Assembly: GCA_023432985.1 (NCBI GenBank)
Contig: JAEZEQ010000062.1
Span: forward strand, 69,907-133,906
Origin: Bacteroidota bacterium
GTDB taxonomy: Bacteria; Bacteroidota; Bacteroidia; CAIKAF01
Direction: 5' to 3'
DNA: 64,000 nt
The position numbers and the translations under genes were made by a program. The notes below the pieces were generated by a model. It had not been told where the DNA came from and made no database searches. It saw only the letters and a list, made by a program, of their open reading frames with translations. Position 1 is the first letter of the stretch, and every line of letters begins with the position of its first letter. This document shows, piece after piece, positions 39,176 to 48,460 of this stretch.

Positions 39176-39196
39176 CCATAATCGGATGCCTTTTTT
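39171..39196 (-). terminator. rho-independent terminator after sppA (minus strand) overlapping the annotated GH3 start codon
   Basis: Stem ggcatcc / ggatgcc with loop ataatc (gauuau on the minus strand). On the minus strand the hairpin is followed by U7 GAAAAAAAA. The ATG at 39175 sits inside the second hairpin arm. Confidence 0.6.
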
Positions 39197-39216
39197 AATT
39201 ATTTTTTATATAAATC

Positions 39217-41013
39217 TTATTGAATAACCATATTATAAGGCATTCTGGCTTGTACGCCTTTTGTTTGCTCCAGACTTCTAAAGCCTTCAAGTATATAATA
39301 TCCTTCACCCAAATTTTTACGCATAACAGATTCTACTGTTTCCGATTTTCCTTCGTTCAGAAGAGATTGCCAAAAGTCTTTTTTCTCCGGAAAAGTAAGT
39401 ATTCCATAATCACTTAATCCGACTTTTGAAGCAGCAAAAGCAATGGCATCTTCCATAGATCCGATTTCATCTACGAGTTTCAATTCTTTCGCATCTCTAC
39501 CGGCCCATACTCTACCCTGCGCTATACTGTCTACCTCGGCTATAGTCATACCGCGACCATCGGCTACACGCTTCAAAAACAATTGATAAATATCATTTAC
39601 ACTGCGGTTTAAATAATTCTTTTCGGCATCTTCCATACCGCGGGCAAAAGAAAAGAAATCGCTGTAATTATTGGTTTTCACCGTATCGGTTGTAATACCC
39701 AGTTTGCCGTTTAAAAACTGTTCGGCATTATAAAGCATTCCAAATACTCCGATAGAACCCGTAAGCGTTTGTGCATCTGCAAAAATACGATCTGCTCCAC
39801 AAGCGATATAATATCCTCCCGAAGCGGCATAATTTCCCATGGAAACAATTACCGGTTTTTTCGCTTTGGTCAACTCTACCTCTCTCCACAATATCTCGGA
39901 TGCCAAGGCACTTCCACCGGGCGAATTCACGCGCAATACAACCGCTTTCACCGTCTCATCTTCACGCGCCTTTTTCAATTCTCTACCCAAATTCTGATCG
40001 CTGATGGTCTGCTCGTCACCCGGACCATAAACAATCTCGCCCTCGGCAAAAACAACGGCAATATGATCTTTTTTGCGGGCGGAAACCAGCTCATGTTTGT
40101 ACAAATCATAATATTCGCCCGGACTCACCAAACGCAATTTATCTTCGCTGCTGAATCCCGATTCTTTTTTAATCAGATCTATAAACTGATCACGATACAT
40201 CAAACTATCGGCCATGCCCAGAGATACAGCCTGCATGGTATTGTATACTTCCAGATTATCGGCCATGCGATTCAAATCGGCGATCTCAATCCCACGAGAA
40301 TCACTCCAATCGGCCAACATCTCATCCCAAATGGTTTGTAAAAACATAAAGGTCTGTGCCCGATTTTCCGGACTCATTTTCTCGACCAAAAAAGGTTCTA
40401 CGGCACTTTTGAACTTATTGCCTTCAGGTCGAAATACCTCCGCTTCTACACCCAATTTATCAAGCAAACCTTTAAAGGAAACAAAGGTCGAACTCAACCC
40501 TTTAAACTCTATATCTCCGGCCGGATTCATAAATATTTTATCGCCGGCACTGGCTAAATACAAGCTTTTCTGAGTCAATACATCCGAATAGGTATATACA
40601 AATTTTCCGGTCGAACGAAATTCTGCTAAGGCTGCTCTCAATTCCTCCGCTGTTGCCATACCCATGTTTACCGAGGAAATATCCAGGAATATTCCCGATA
40701 TTTTATCGTTTGTGGAGGCATGCTGAATGCTGCGCACCAGGTCGAATAATCCCGGTTTGGGATGCGTGCTGAACTTGCCGCTGCCTATTGATTCGAAAGG
40801 ATTCAGCGTCGATTTATCACCTAGATTATAGTTGAGCTTTAGATGCAAAACCGAACTTTCTGTAAGCGTTTTCACATTCGAGGAACTCTCGGCACTGCCT
40901 ACTATGGCACCAAGAAATATGAAAAAAACAAACATAAAAATTAAACCGGTTAACATAATGCCTATAACCGATCCTAAAGCCGATCCAAAAAAGGATTTCC
41001 AAAAATTACTCAT
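39217..41013 (-). CDS. sppA: signal peptide peptidase SppA (67K type)
   Basis: 598 aa with an N-terminal TM and two ClpP/crotonase-like halves. The catalytic-region motifs SPGGSALASE and GNYAASGGYYIA are present. Confidence 0.9.
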   Translation of the reverse strand: MSNFWKSFFGSALGSVIGIMLTGLIFMFVFFIFLGAIVGSAESSSNVKTLTESSVLHLKLNYNLGDKSTLNPFESIGSGKFSTHPKPGLFDLVRSIQHASTNDKISGIFLDISSVNMGMATAEELRAALAEFRSTGKFVYTYSDVLTQKSLYLASAGDKIFMNPAGDIEFKGLSSTFVSFKGLLDKLGVEAEVFRPEGNKFKSAVEPFLVEKMSPENRAQTFMFLQTIWDEMLADWSDSRGIEIADLNRMADNLEVYNTMQAVSLGMADSLMYRDQFIDLIKKESGFSSEDKLRLVSPGEYYDLYKHELVSARKKDHIAVVFAEGEIVYGPGDEQTISDQNLGRELKKAREDETVKAVVLRVNSPGGSALASEILWREVELTKAKKPVIVSMGNYAASGGYYIACGADRIFADAQTLTGSIGVFGMLYNAEQFLNGKLGITTDTVKTNNYSDFFSFARGMEDAEKNYLNRSVNDIYQLFLKRVADGRGMTIAEVDSIAQGRVWAGRDAKELKLVDEIGSMEDAIAFAASKVGLSDYGILTFPEKKDFWQSLLNEGKSETVESVMRKNLGEGYYILEGFRSLEQTKGVQARMPYNMVIQ

Positions 41014-41119
41014 AGTATTCTAATTTGCCGTGAATGTATAAAAACAGTCGCAGACAAATATAATATTTCGACAAACGAAATTATTCAAACGATTAAAAAG
41101 GCAGATTAACACGATTTAC

Positions 41120-41608
41120 TTAAGCATAGGTGCCCAAACGTTTCATCAATTCCTGACGCGCCAAATAAATACGACTCTTAACCGTGCCTATAGGCAAAGC
41201 CAATTCGTCCGAAATTTCTTTGTATTTATAACCGGCATAATACAGCTCGAACGGCTCACGTATTGACGAATCTAAACGCGCTATTTCTTGTTGAATCTCG
41301 GAATATTCTAAACCCGAATTCAACTCCTGAACCATGCCCGGAATTATGATATCGGACAAGGATTGCTTTTGCCAACGTTTTGATTTTCGATAATCATTGA
41401 TGAATACATTGCGCATTATGGTGTATAACCAGGCTTTTAAATTACTATGGGACGCAAAAGAATCCTTATATAATAAAGCCTTTACCATAGTCTCCTGAAA
41501 TAAATCATCGCCCGCAGCCCTGTTGCCCGTAAGGTTACGTGCAAAACTTCGCAAACTGTCGCTATAGGAAACTAAAATAGCATCGAAACTGTAATCGGAT
41601 GTATTCAT
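41120..41608 (-). CDS. RNA polymerase ECF-type sigma factor (sigma-70 family)
   Basis: 162 aa. Region 2 (DDLFQETMVKAL...AWLYTIMRNVFINDYRK) and region 4 (ISDELALPIGTVKSRIYLARQELMKRL) are recognisable. No adjacent anti-sigma gene is present. Confidence 0.85.
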   Translation of the reverse strand: MNTSDYSFDAILVSYSDSLRSFARNLTGNRAAGDDLFQETMVKALLYKDSFASHSNLKAWLYTIMRNVFINDYRKSKRWQKQSLSDIIIPGMVQELNSGLEYSEIQQEIARLDSSIREPFELYYAGYKYKEISDELALPIGTVKSRIYLARQELMKRLGTYA

Positions 41609-41847
41609 TTGTATTGGTATTTGTTGAACACAAAGATACTTTGTTTAACTTTTTCGATTAAACATTAAACAAGAAATATTATTAAAAAAATAAAATACAC
41701 TGCCAGTCAGGCTATTACAAAAAAAACAGGATAAAAATGTTTAACAAAAGAACAGGAGCTATTCGAATAGATTAAACAAGAAATGAAGGAGAGGGACTCT
41801 TGCTAAGTTTTTTTTAACAGTCGAAATGGGAATATTTGCGAAAATAA

Positions 41848-42828
41848 TTAAGAAATCTGATCGAGGCGCTGAATTAATTCGCTATAACTTTTCAGGTGAC
41901 TAATATGTTTTGCCAATTGCAAATCCGGATTATGCATGAGGGGGCCGGAGACCCATACTTCTATATTTGAAAATGGGTTTTCCTTAAATCGGTTCAGATA
42001 TTTTTGCAGCGAAAAGGTAGTAAATCCGGCTGTGAAATAGGTAAACAAATGAGTAGGATTATGGGTTTGCATAAATATTTCCAAATCATTAAAAGGCATA
42101 GATTGCCCAAGATAGATAACATGGAATCCTCTTTTAACTATGGCATATTTGGCAAATAATAATCCGATTTCATGCCATTCGTTTTCGGGCAAAAAAAGTA
42201 TGAATTTCTCCTGATTTATATGCTTGCCACGCGGCAATTTATCAATTTCGACTATGGTTCTTCTTCGGATAAGATTGGCCATAAAATGCTCTTGAGCCAC
42301 ATTCACTTCGCCCAAGGACCAGAGCATTCCAATTTTAGTCAGAAATGGAATAAGTATAAGCAGCATACTTTGTTCGAATCCAATTTTGCGAATGGCATCT
42401 TCCATGGTTTGGTCGAATTTATCCTCATCCAAATCGATCATGGCAATCAACAATGCTTCTATATTCCAGCTGTAAAAAAAATCCGGATCATTATTTTCTT
42501 CGCCAAGTTTATTAATGGCTTCGGCTATTTCGGAAGAATGCATGGCAGCCACTTTCGAAATCTTATATCCATTCTTTAGTAATAGGGCAATATTCAGGAT
42601 TTGTTTTAATTGCGCGTCATCGTAGAAGCGTATTTGGGTGGACGTGCGATGCGGCACTATAATGCCATACCTCTGCTCCCATATGCGCAGGGTATGTGCT
42701 TTTATTTGTGATAATTTTTCTACTTCTCGTATGGAATAAGACACTTTACAGGCTAGTTTACTATACGAAACAAATATACAAGCAAATTGTTCGCAAAAAA
42801 ACAAAAAAAGTACGACCTGCTTTTGCAA
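41848..42828 (-). CDS. CarH/LitR-like MerR-family regulator with C-terminal adenosylcobalamin-binding domain (putative light sensor)
   Basis: A MerR HTH (YSIREVEKLSQIKAHTLRIWEQRYGIIVP...RFYDDAQLKQIL) is followed by a helical bundle carrying W-x9-E-H (WSLGEVNVAQEH), which matches the W131/E141/H142 AdoCbl-contacting triad spacing of CarH. A Rossmann-like domain with E-x-H-x-x-G (ENEWHEIG) lies 38 residues downstream. Confidence 0.6.
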   Translation of the reverse strand: MQKQVVLFLFFCEQFACIFVSYSKLACKVSYSIREVEKLSQIKAHTLRIWEQRYGIIVPHRTSTQIRFYDDAQLKQILNIALLLKNGYKISKVAAMHSSEIAEAINKLGEENNDPDFFYSWNIEALLIAMIDLDEDKFDQTMEDAIRKIGFEQSMLLILIPFLTKIGMLWSLGEVNVAQEHFMANLIRRRTIVEIDKLPRGKHINQEKFILFLPENEWHEIGLLFAKYAIVKRGFHVIYLGQSMPFNDLEIFMQTHNPTHLFTYFTAGFTTFSLQKYLNRFKENPFSNIEVWVSGPLMHNPDLQLAKHISHLKSYSELIQRLDQIS

Positions 42829-42861
42829 ATCGTACTTAAAATAATCTATTAAAACGGGATT

Positions 42862-44160
42862 TTACTTCAATCCAAACTGCTTTTTAACAGCTGCTACATA
42901 GTCGAGTTTTTCCCAAGTAAACAATTCTACTTTTACTTTCTTTTCTATTTTTTTCAATCCTTCCTGACGTATAAATGTTTTGGTAACCGTCTCGGATTCT
43001 TTCCCGAAATGCCCATATGCCGCAGTTTCGCTATACATTGGATTACGCAGTTTCAAACGGGTTTCTATTCCATAAGGTGTCATATCGAAAATCTTTGCAA
43101 TTTTAGCTGCAATTTCACCATCGCTCAATTTCACTTTCGAAGTTCCTTCTGTATCGATAAAAATATTCATTGGTTCTTTAACCCCAATGGCGTAAGAAAC
43201 TTGCACCAATACACGATCGCATAAACCGGCGGCTACCAGATTTTTGGCAATATGGCGTGTTGCATATGCGGCCGAACGGTCTACTTTTGAAGGGTCTTTT
43301 CCGCTAAAAGCTCCACCCCCATGCGCACCACGTCCACCGTATGTATCAACGATAATCTTACGTCCGGTCAGGCCCGTATCGCCATGCGGTCCACCGATCA
43401 CAAATTTACCGGTTGGATTTATATGGTATTTGATTTTATCATTGAACAAATGTTTGTACTTGGCATATTTCTTTTTCACACGGGGAATAAGAATTTCGAC
43501 CATGTCTTTATGAATCTTAGCCAACATTTCTTTTTCAGCTTTCACGATGTCCGCAGCTTTTCCCGATTTGGGGGCAATAAAATCATCGTGTTGGGTGCTG
43601 ATTACTATGGTATCAATGCGAACAGGTCTGTGCTTATCGTCGTACTCGAGGGTAACCTGCGCTTTTGCATCGGGACGTAAATAACTGATTGATTTCATTT
43701 CACGTCGCAATGCTGCAAGTTCCATCAAAATTCTATGCGATAAATCCAATGCCAATGGCATATAATTTTCGGTTTCATTGGTAGCATAACCAAACATCAT
43801 ACCTTGATCGCCGGCACCTTGATCTTCTTTTTTCTTTTTGTCAACACCCCGATTAATATCGGCACTTTGTTCGTGTATAGCCGATAATATACCACAAGAA
43901 TTGGCCTCGAACATATACTCGCTTTTGGTATATCCGATTTTACGAATAACCGCACGGGTGATTTCCTGTACATCGAGATAAGCAGATGATTTAACCTCCC
44001 CGGCTAATACAACCTGACCGGTAGTTACCAAGGTTTCACATGCTACTTTCGACTCAGGATCCCAAGCTAAAAAGTTATCAATTAATGCATCGGATATTTG
44101 GTCGGCAACCTTGTCCGGATGCCCCTCTGAAACAGATTCTGACGTAAATAAATATGACAT
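42862..44160 (-). CDS. metK: S-adenosylmethionine synthetase
   Basis: 432 aa reading [25 protein letters not shown]..., with [19 protein letters not shown] and collinearity throughout. Confidence 0.95.
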   Translation of the reverse strand: MSYLFTSESVSEGHPDKVADQISDALIDNFLAWDPESKVACETLVTTGQVVLAGEVKSSAYLDVQEITRAVIRKIGYTKSEYMFEANSCGILSAIHEQSADINRGVDKKKKEDQGAGDQGMMFGYATNETENYMPLALDLSHRILMELAALRREMKSISYLRPDAKAQVTLEYDDKHRPVRIDTIVISTQHDDFIAPKSGKAADIVKAEKEMLAKIHKDMVEILIPRVKKKYAKYKHLFNDKIKYHINPTGKFVIGGPHGDTGLTGRKIIVDTYGGRGAHGGGAFSGKDPSKVDRSAAYATRHIAKNLVAAGLCDRVLVQVSYAIGVKEPMNIFIDTEGTSKVKLSDGEIAAKIAKIFDMTPYGIETRLKLRNPMYSETAAYGHFGKESETVTKTFIRQEGLKKIEKKVKVELFTWEKLDYVAAVKKQFGLK

Positions 44161-44269
44161 AATTCAATTTTATAGGCAGCAAATATAACAAACTAAATGT
44201 GTTCTTTATTTTTCTTATTAAGTTTTATTTCATCACTAACGAAAGGATAACTTTAGTACTTTTGCCATC

Positions 44270-45673
44270 ATGAAAAAAAAGAAGGAAGTAATCTTGCAGC
44301 AGGTAAAAATATTGGACCTGGCTGCAGAAGGTAAATCTATAGCCAAGCCGGATGAAAAGGTGATTTTTGTAAAAAATGCCGTTCCCGGGGATGTGGCAGA
44401 CTTACGTATTACCCGCTCTAAAAGCAGTTTTGCCGAGGCTGAAGCCATTTTTTTTCATGAAAAATCACCTTTGCGAACCGAACCGGCATGTGCCCATTTC
44501 GGCATTTGCGGAGGCTGTGCCCGACAAGATTTAGCCTATACATCTCAATTGGAATTTAAACAAAAATGGGTAAAAGATGCTTTCGAAAGAATCGGAAAAT
44601 TCGAATTTGCTCCCATTAATCCCATTATTGGATGCGAAAATATTTTTCGTTACCGCAATAAAATGGAATATGGGTTTACTGATTTTTCCTGGCTGACTAA
44701 TGAGGAAATTCAATCCGGACAAAATTTCGAAAGAAGAGGCATAGGCCTGCATATACCCGGAAAATTTGACAAAATCCTTCATATAGACGATTGTCATCTA
44801 CAGGATGCCTGGGGCGACCGGGTACGCAACTTCGTCAGAAATTATGCAATCGAACAGGATATTTCTTTCTTTAATATTCGTCAACAAACAGGTATGTTAC
44901 GTACCCTCCTAATTCGCTTGACGGAATATGGAGAAAAAATGGTACTCCTGGCTTTCACTGAAAATAATCAGGAAATTATTCAACCCATGATGGAAGCTAT
45001 ACGCACGGAATTCCCCGAAACAAACGCATTGCTCTATGTCATCAATAACAAGAAAAATGACACCATTTTCGACCTGCCTGTACACACTTTTTATGGCAAG
45101 GATTATATATGCGAACAATTGCATCATGCACGCTATAAAATCGGACCTAAATCTTTCTTTCAAACCAATAGCAAACAGGCCGAAACTTTATATGCTATAA
45201 CGAAAGATTTTGCCGAATTAAGCAATACGGAAAATGTATACGATTTGTATACCGGTACCGGATCTATTGCCTGCTATATTGCCGATAAAGCCAAAAAAGT
45301 TGTAGGCGTGGAATATGTACCCGAAGCAGTGGAAGACGCCTTTGTAAATAAGGAATGGAATAAACTGGACAATGTGGATTTTTATGCCGGTGATATGAAA
45401 GACGTACTGAACGATGCTTTCGTAGAAAAACACGGCGCACCGGATGTAATTATTACAGACCCGCCCAGAGCAGGTATGCACCCCGATGTGGTTCAAACCA
45501 TATTGAAACTGAACCCGAAAATAATAGTATATGTCAGCTGCAATGTCGCCACGCAAGCCCGCGATCTGGCTATGTTATGCGAAGCATATGAGGTAAGTAA
45601 AGTACAACCGGTAGACATGTTCCCCCATACCCATCACGTAGAAAATGTGGTGCAACTGAAACGCAAATCCTAA
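44270..45673 (+). CDS. rlmD: 23S rRNA (uracil-5-)-methyltransferase RlmD/RumA family
   Basis: 467 aa with an N-terminal TRAM domain, a Cys cluster (CAHFGICGGC) and a C-terminal class I SAM MTase with the catalytic Cys region (VYVSCNVAT). Confidence 0.85.
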   Translation: MKKKKEVILQQVKILDLAAEGKSIAKPDEKVIFVKNAVPGDVADLRITRSKSSFAEAEAIFFHEKSPLRTEPACAHFGICGGCARQDLAYTSQLEFKQKWVKDAFERIGKFEFAPINPIIGCENIFRYRNKMEYGFTDFSWLTNEEIQSGQNFERRGIGLHIPGKFDKILHIDDCHLQDAWGDRVRNFVRNYAIEQDISFFNIRQQTGMLRTLLIRLTEYGEKMVLLAFTENNQEIIQPMMEAIRTEFPETNALLYVINNKKNDTIFDLPVHTFYGKDYICEQLHHARYKIGPKSFFQTNSKQAETLYAITKDFAELSNTENVYDLYTGTGSIACYIADKAKKVVGVEYVPEAVEDAFVNKEWNKLDNVDFYAGDMKDVLNDAFVEKHGAPDVIITDPPRAGMHPDVVQTILKLNPKIIVYVSCNVATQARDLAMLCEAYEVSKVQPVDMFPHTHHVENVVQLKRKS

Positions 45674-45707
45674 TTTTGTAATATCCTTTTTTTTGTATCT
45701 TTACTGT

Positions 45708-45827
45708 ATGAGCAAAAAAACTTTTTTCAAAATATTCTTCATTTTTCTTTTGGGTAGTACGAGCCTACTTGCTTCATCATGTGGCACTTCCAAAAAATGC
45801 GACTGCCCTACTTTTGGAAGAAGATAA
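45708..45827 (+). CDS. unannotated small ORF: 39-aa Cys-rich putative lipopeptide (MSKKTFFKIFFIFLLGSTSLLASSCGTSKKCDCPTFGRR)
   Basis: ATG at 45708 and TAA at 45825-45827. It has a textbook signal peptide with a lipobox-like LLASSC, and the 15-residue mature part has the Cys pattern C-x5-C-x-C. It sits in the 238-bp gap upstream of the TonB-dependent receptor and is absent from the ORF track only because it is under 60 aa. Confidence 0.3.
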   Translation: MSKKTFFKIFFIFLLGSTSLLASSCGTSKKCDCPTFGRR

Positions 45828-45911
45828 GATTTGTCCACCTTTTTTTTCATTTTCTTAAACAAAAGTCGAACTATTTTGTTTCTGTAGGTATAAAACTAAA
45901 AATACAGATTC

Positions 45912-48287
45912 ATGTTTCGTATATTCCTTCTTTTGGCTTTGTTCTCAGCTACCCTTTCTCACGCACAAAACGGGTATATAAAAGGACAAATTAAAAATGC
46001 GATAACCAATGAGCCCGTACTTTTTGCCAATATAGTGGCCGAAGGTCAATCTAAAGGTAGTACCAGCGATACAGCCGGATTTTTCAGTATAGGTCCCCTC
46101 GAGCCGGGCTTTGTTACCCTCGCGATTTCTGCGCTGGGATATGAAACGTTTCGATACAGAGATATACAAGTCACCAATGCGGGTTCTGCCTATGTAGACA
46201 TCAAGCTTGAACCTGCCAATCAGTCGTTGAGCGAGGTTGTTATCAAAGCCAGTCCCTTCAATCAGACTTATGAAAGTCCCATTTCGAATCGCACCATTGG
46301 TCTGGCCGAAATTGAAAGAAATCCGGGCGGAAACAGGGATATAAGTAATGTATTAAAAAGCTTTCCGGGTGTGGCTTCTACGCCGGCTTTTCGGAATGAT
46401 ATCATCATACGCGGCGGTTCTCCTTCCGAAAATCGATTCTACCTGGATGGCGTGGAAGTACCCGTAATAAACCACTTTCAAACCCAGGGTGCATCGGGGG
46501 GACCAACAGGTATTATCAATGTAAACCTGATCCGAAATGTAGACTTTTTATCGGGCGCATTTCCTGCCGCCAGAGGAAATGCACTCAGTTCGGTTTTGGA
46601 ATTTAATCAGGTCGATGGCAATAGAGATAAATGGAAATATAGATTCGCACTGGGAAGCAGTGATGCCGCTTTTAAGGCCGATGGTCCGATTGGAAAAAAC
46701 AGCAGCTTTATCGGTTCGGCGCGGGTTTCTTATCTGCAATTCTTGTTCAAAGCGCTCAAGCTTCCCTTTTTACCGACCTATTACGACTATCAATTTAAAT
46801 ACAAATGGAATATTAATCCCAAAAATGAAATCAGCATCATTTCACTCGGCGCCATTGACCGCATGAAACTTAATCTCTCGGAAAATGAAACCGAAAAACA
46901 ACGCTATTTACTCAATACCATTCCGGTTAATAATCAGTGGAATTACACACTGGGATTGGTTTACAAAAGATATGCGAAAAACGGAACTCATAGTTTTGTA
47001 TTGAGCAGAAATATGTTCGACAACCGGGTTGTAAAATATAAAGACAACGACGAATCCAATCCCGACAACTTGAATACAGATTATCACAGTCAGGAAAGCG
47101 AAAATAAATTTCGATACGAATATTTATATAGAAAAGGAAGCTGGAAAATCGTGAGCGGTGCAGGTGTTGAATATTCACGATATTATAATCGTTCCTATAT
47201 AAAATTTGCCACTCCCGCCGGCCCCGATACGCTTAATGCCATTTCGACCTTACATTTATGGCAAGGCTCTGTATTCACACAGGCGAGTCGCACTTTCTTT
47301 AAAGAAAGATGGGTTCTTTCATTGGGATTGCGTTTCGACAACAACAATTTCAATGCGCATATGGCCAATCCTCTCAATCAATTCTCACCCCGCCTATCCA
47401 GCTCGGTGCGCATAACGGAATGGATGAGCTTTAATGCACATGTGGGTCGCTATTTCCAAAGACCTTCTTATACCCTTATGGGCTATAGAAATAATCAGGA
47501 CGAATTGGCAAATAAATCGCTAAAATATATACGTGCCGACCATTTCATTGCCGGATTCGATTTCACTCCAACTTCTACTACCAAAATCACCTTAGAAGGT
47601 TTTTATAAAGCCTATGCACAATATCCATTCTCTTTACGAGACAGCATATCGCTGGCCAATCAGGGAGCGGGATTTAGCGTCGTGGGTAATGAGCCCGCCG
47701 ATAGCAGAGGAAAAGGAAGGGCATATGGATTGGAATTTATGATTCAACAAAAAATATGGAAAGGCTTTTATGGCATTTTATCCTATACCTATGTAGTGAG
47801 CGAATTTCAGGATAAAAACAATGCTTTTATTCCGTCCAACTGGGACAACAGACATTTGTTGACCTTGACTTCGGGTTATAAATTTAAACGCAATTGGGAA
47901 GTGGGCCTGCGTTGGAGATATGTAGGCGGAGCACCTTTTACGCCTATCGATACCAATTTGTCGCTTCAAACAACCGTTTATGATATTTACCAAAGAGGTA
48001 TTAGTGATAATGATAAAATCAATGCCGAACGCGGACGCGCTTTCCACCAACTCGACCTACGCGTAGATAAAAGCTGGTTCTTCAAAAAATGGAGTTTGAA
48101 TATTTACGTGGATGTGCAAAATGTGTATAATTTCAAATACAAAGCACAAGATTATTTGACCATTGAAAGGGATGCAAACGGAGCAGCTGTTAAAGATCCG
48201 TCGAATCCTCAAATGTATAAATCAAAATTCATAGAAAACCTTACGGGAACGGTATTGCCTTCTATAGGTGTTATCGTAGATTTCTAA
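45912..48287 (+). CDS. TonB-dependent receptor with N-terminal carboxypeptidase-regulatory-like (CarboxypepD_reg) domain
   Basis: 791 aa with a signal peptide, then GYIKGQIKNAITNEPVLFANIVAEG...DTAGFFSI (CarboxypepD_reg), a plug domain (..IRGGSPSENRFYLDGVEV..) and a long beta-barrel ending in a C-terminal aromatic residue. Confidence 0.85.
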   Translation: MFRIFLLLALFSATLSHAQNGYIKGQIKNAITNEPVLFANIVAEGQSKGSTSDTAGFFSIGPLEPGFVTLAISALGYETFRYRDIQVTNAGSAYVDIKLEPANQSLSEVVIKASPFNQTYESPISNRTIGLAEIERNPGGNRDISNVLKSFPGVASTPAFRNDIIIRGGSPSENRFYLDGVEVPVINHFQTQGASGGPTGIINVNLIRNVDFLSGAFPAARGNALSSVLEFNQVDGNRDKWKYRFALGSSDAAFKADGPIGKNSSFIGSARVSYLQFLFKALKLPFLPTYYDYQFKYKWNINPKNEISIISLGAIDRMKLNLSENETEKQRYLLNTIPVNNQWNYTLGLVYKRYAKNGTHSFVLSRNMFDNRVVKYKDNDESNPDNLNTDYHSQESENKFRYEYLYRKGSWKIVSGAGVEYSRYYNRSYIKFATPAGPDTLNAISTLHLWQGSVFTQASRTFFKERWVLSLGLRFDNNNFNAHMANPLNQFSPRLSSSVRITEWMSFNAHVGRYFQRPSYTLMGYRNNQDELANKSLKYIRADHFIAGFDFTPTSTTKITLEGFYKAYAQYPFSLRDSISLANQGAGFSVVGNEPADSRGKGRAYGLEFMIQQKIWKGFYGILSYTYVVSEFQDKNNAFIPSNWDNRHLLTLTSGYKFKRNWEVGLRWRYVGGAPFTPIDTNLSLQTTVYDIYQRGISDNDKINAERGRAFHQLDLRVDKSWFFKKWSLNIYVDVQNVYNFKYKAQDYLTIERDANGAAVKDPSNPQMYKSKFIENLTGTVLPSIGVIVDF

Positions 48288-48303
48288 AAGCAGTCACCAT
48301 AAC

Positions 48304-48369
48304 GGCAGGGCTTGTGTCTCCCCCCCCCCACCCTCACACAACATTCACAAGCCTTTGCCGTTTCTTTTA
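48304..48369 (+). terminator. terminator-like hairpin after the TonB-dependent receptor with a large C-rich loop
   Basis: Stem GGCAGGGCUUGUG (48304-48316) pairs with CACAAGCCUUUGCC (48346-48359) as 4 bp, a 1-nt bulge, then 9 bp. The 29-nt loop contains C10 A C3 UCACACA, and the hairpin is followed by GUUUCUUUU. Confidence 0.5.
48320..48329 (+). repeat. homopolymeric C10 tract (G10 on the minus strand) in an intergenic region
   Basis: ctccccccccccaccc; ten consecutive C in a ~38-40% GC genome. Confidence 0.9.
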
Positions 48370-48460
48370 ATCCCGGTATCCGGAAAAAGATAATTCGTAT
48401 TAAAGCGTAATACTAGTATATTTAGCATGCTGTTGAACTGATATAAAACAAGATAAATAC

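Noticed and set aside
44161-44269. Possible SAM riboswitch in the metK 5' leader
   Set aside because: The 109-nt leader is AT-rich and lacks the conserved SAM-I elements (the GG-rich kink-turn/pseudoknot segments and the CUCUUAUCAAGAG-like core). I could not recognise a SAM-II or SAM-V pseudoknot either. A covariance-model scan would be needed to exclude one fully.
45674-45911. Cobalamin riboswitch upstream of the TonB-dependent receptor (considered because of the nearby B12-binding regulator)
   Set aside because: No B12-box (GCCACUG-like) or conserved riboswitch core is visible. The region is better explained by the small lipopeptide ORF plus a promoter.
45779-45994. 71-aa ORF overlapping the start of the TonB-dependent receptor
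   Set aside because: It lies out of frame across the receptor's start codon and signal peptide, and its translation is low-complexity and basic/aromatic. It is spurious.
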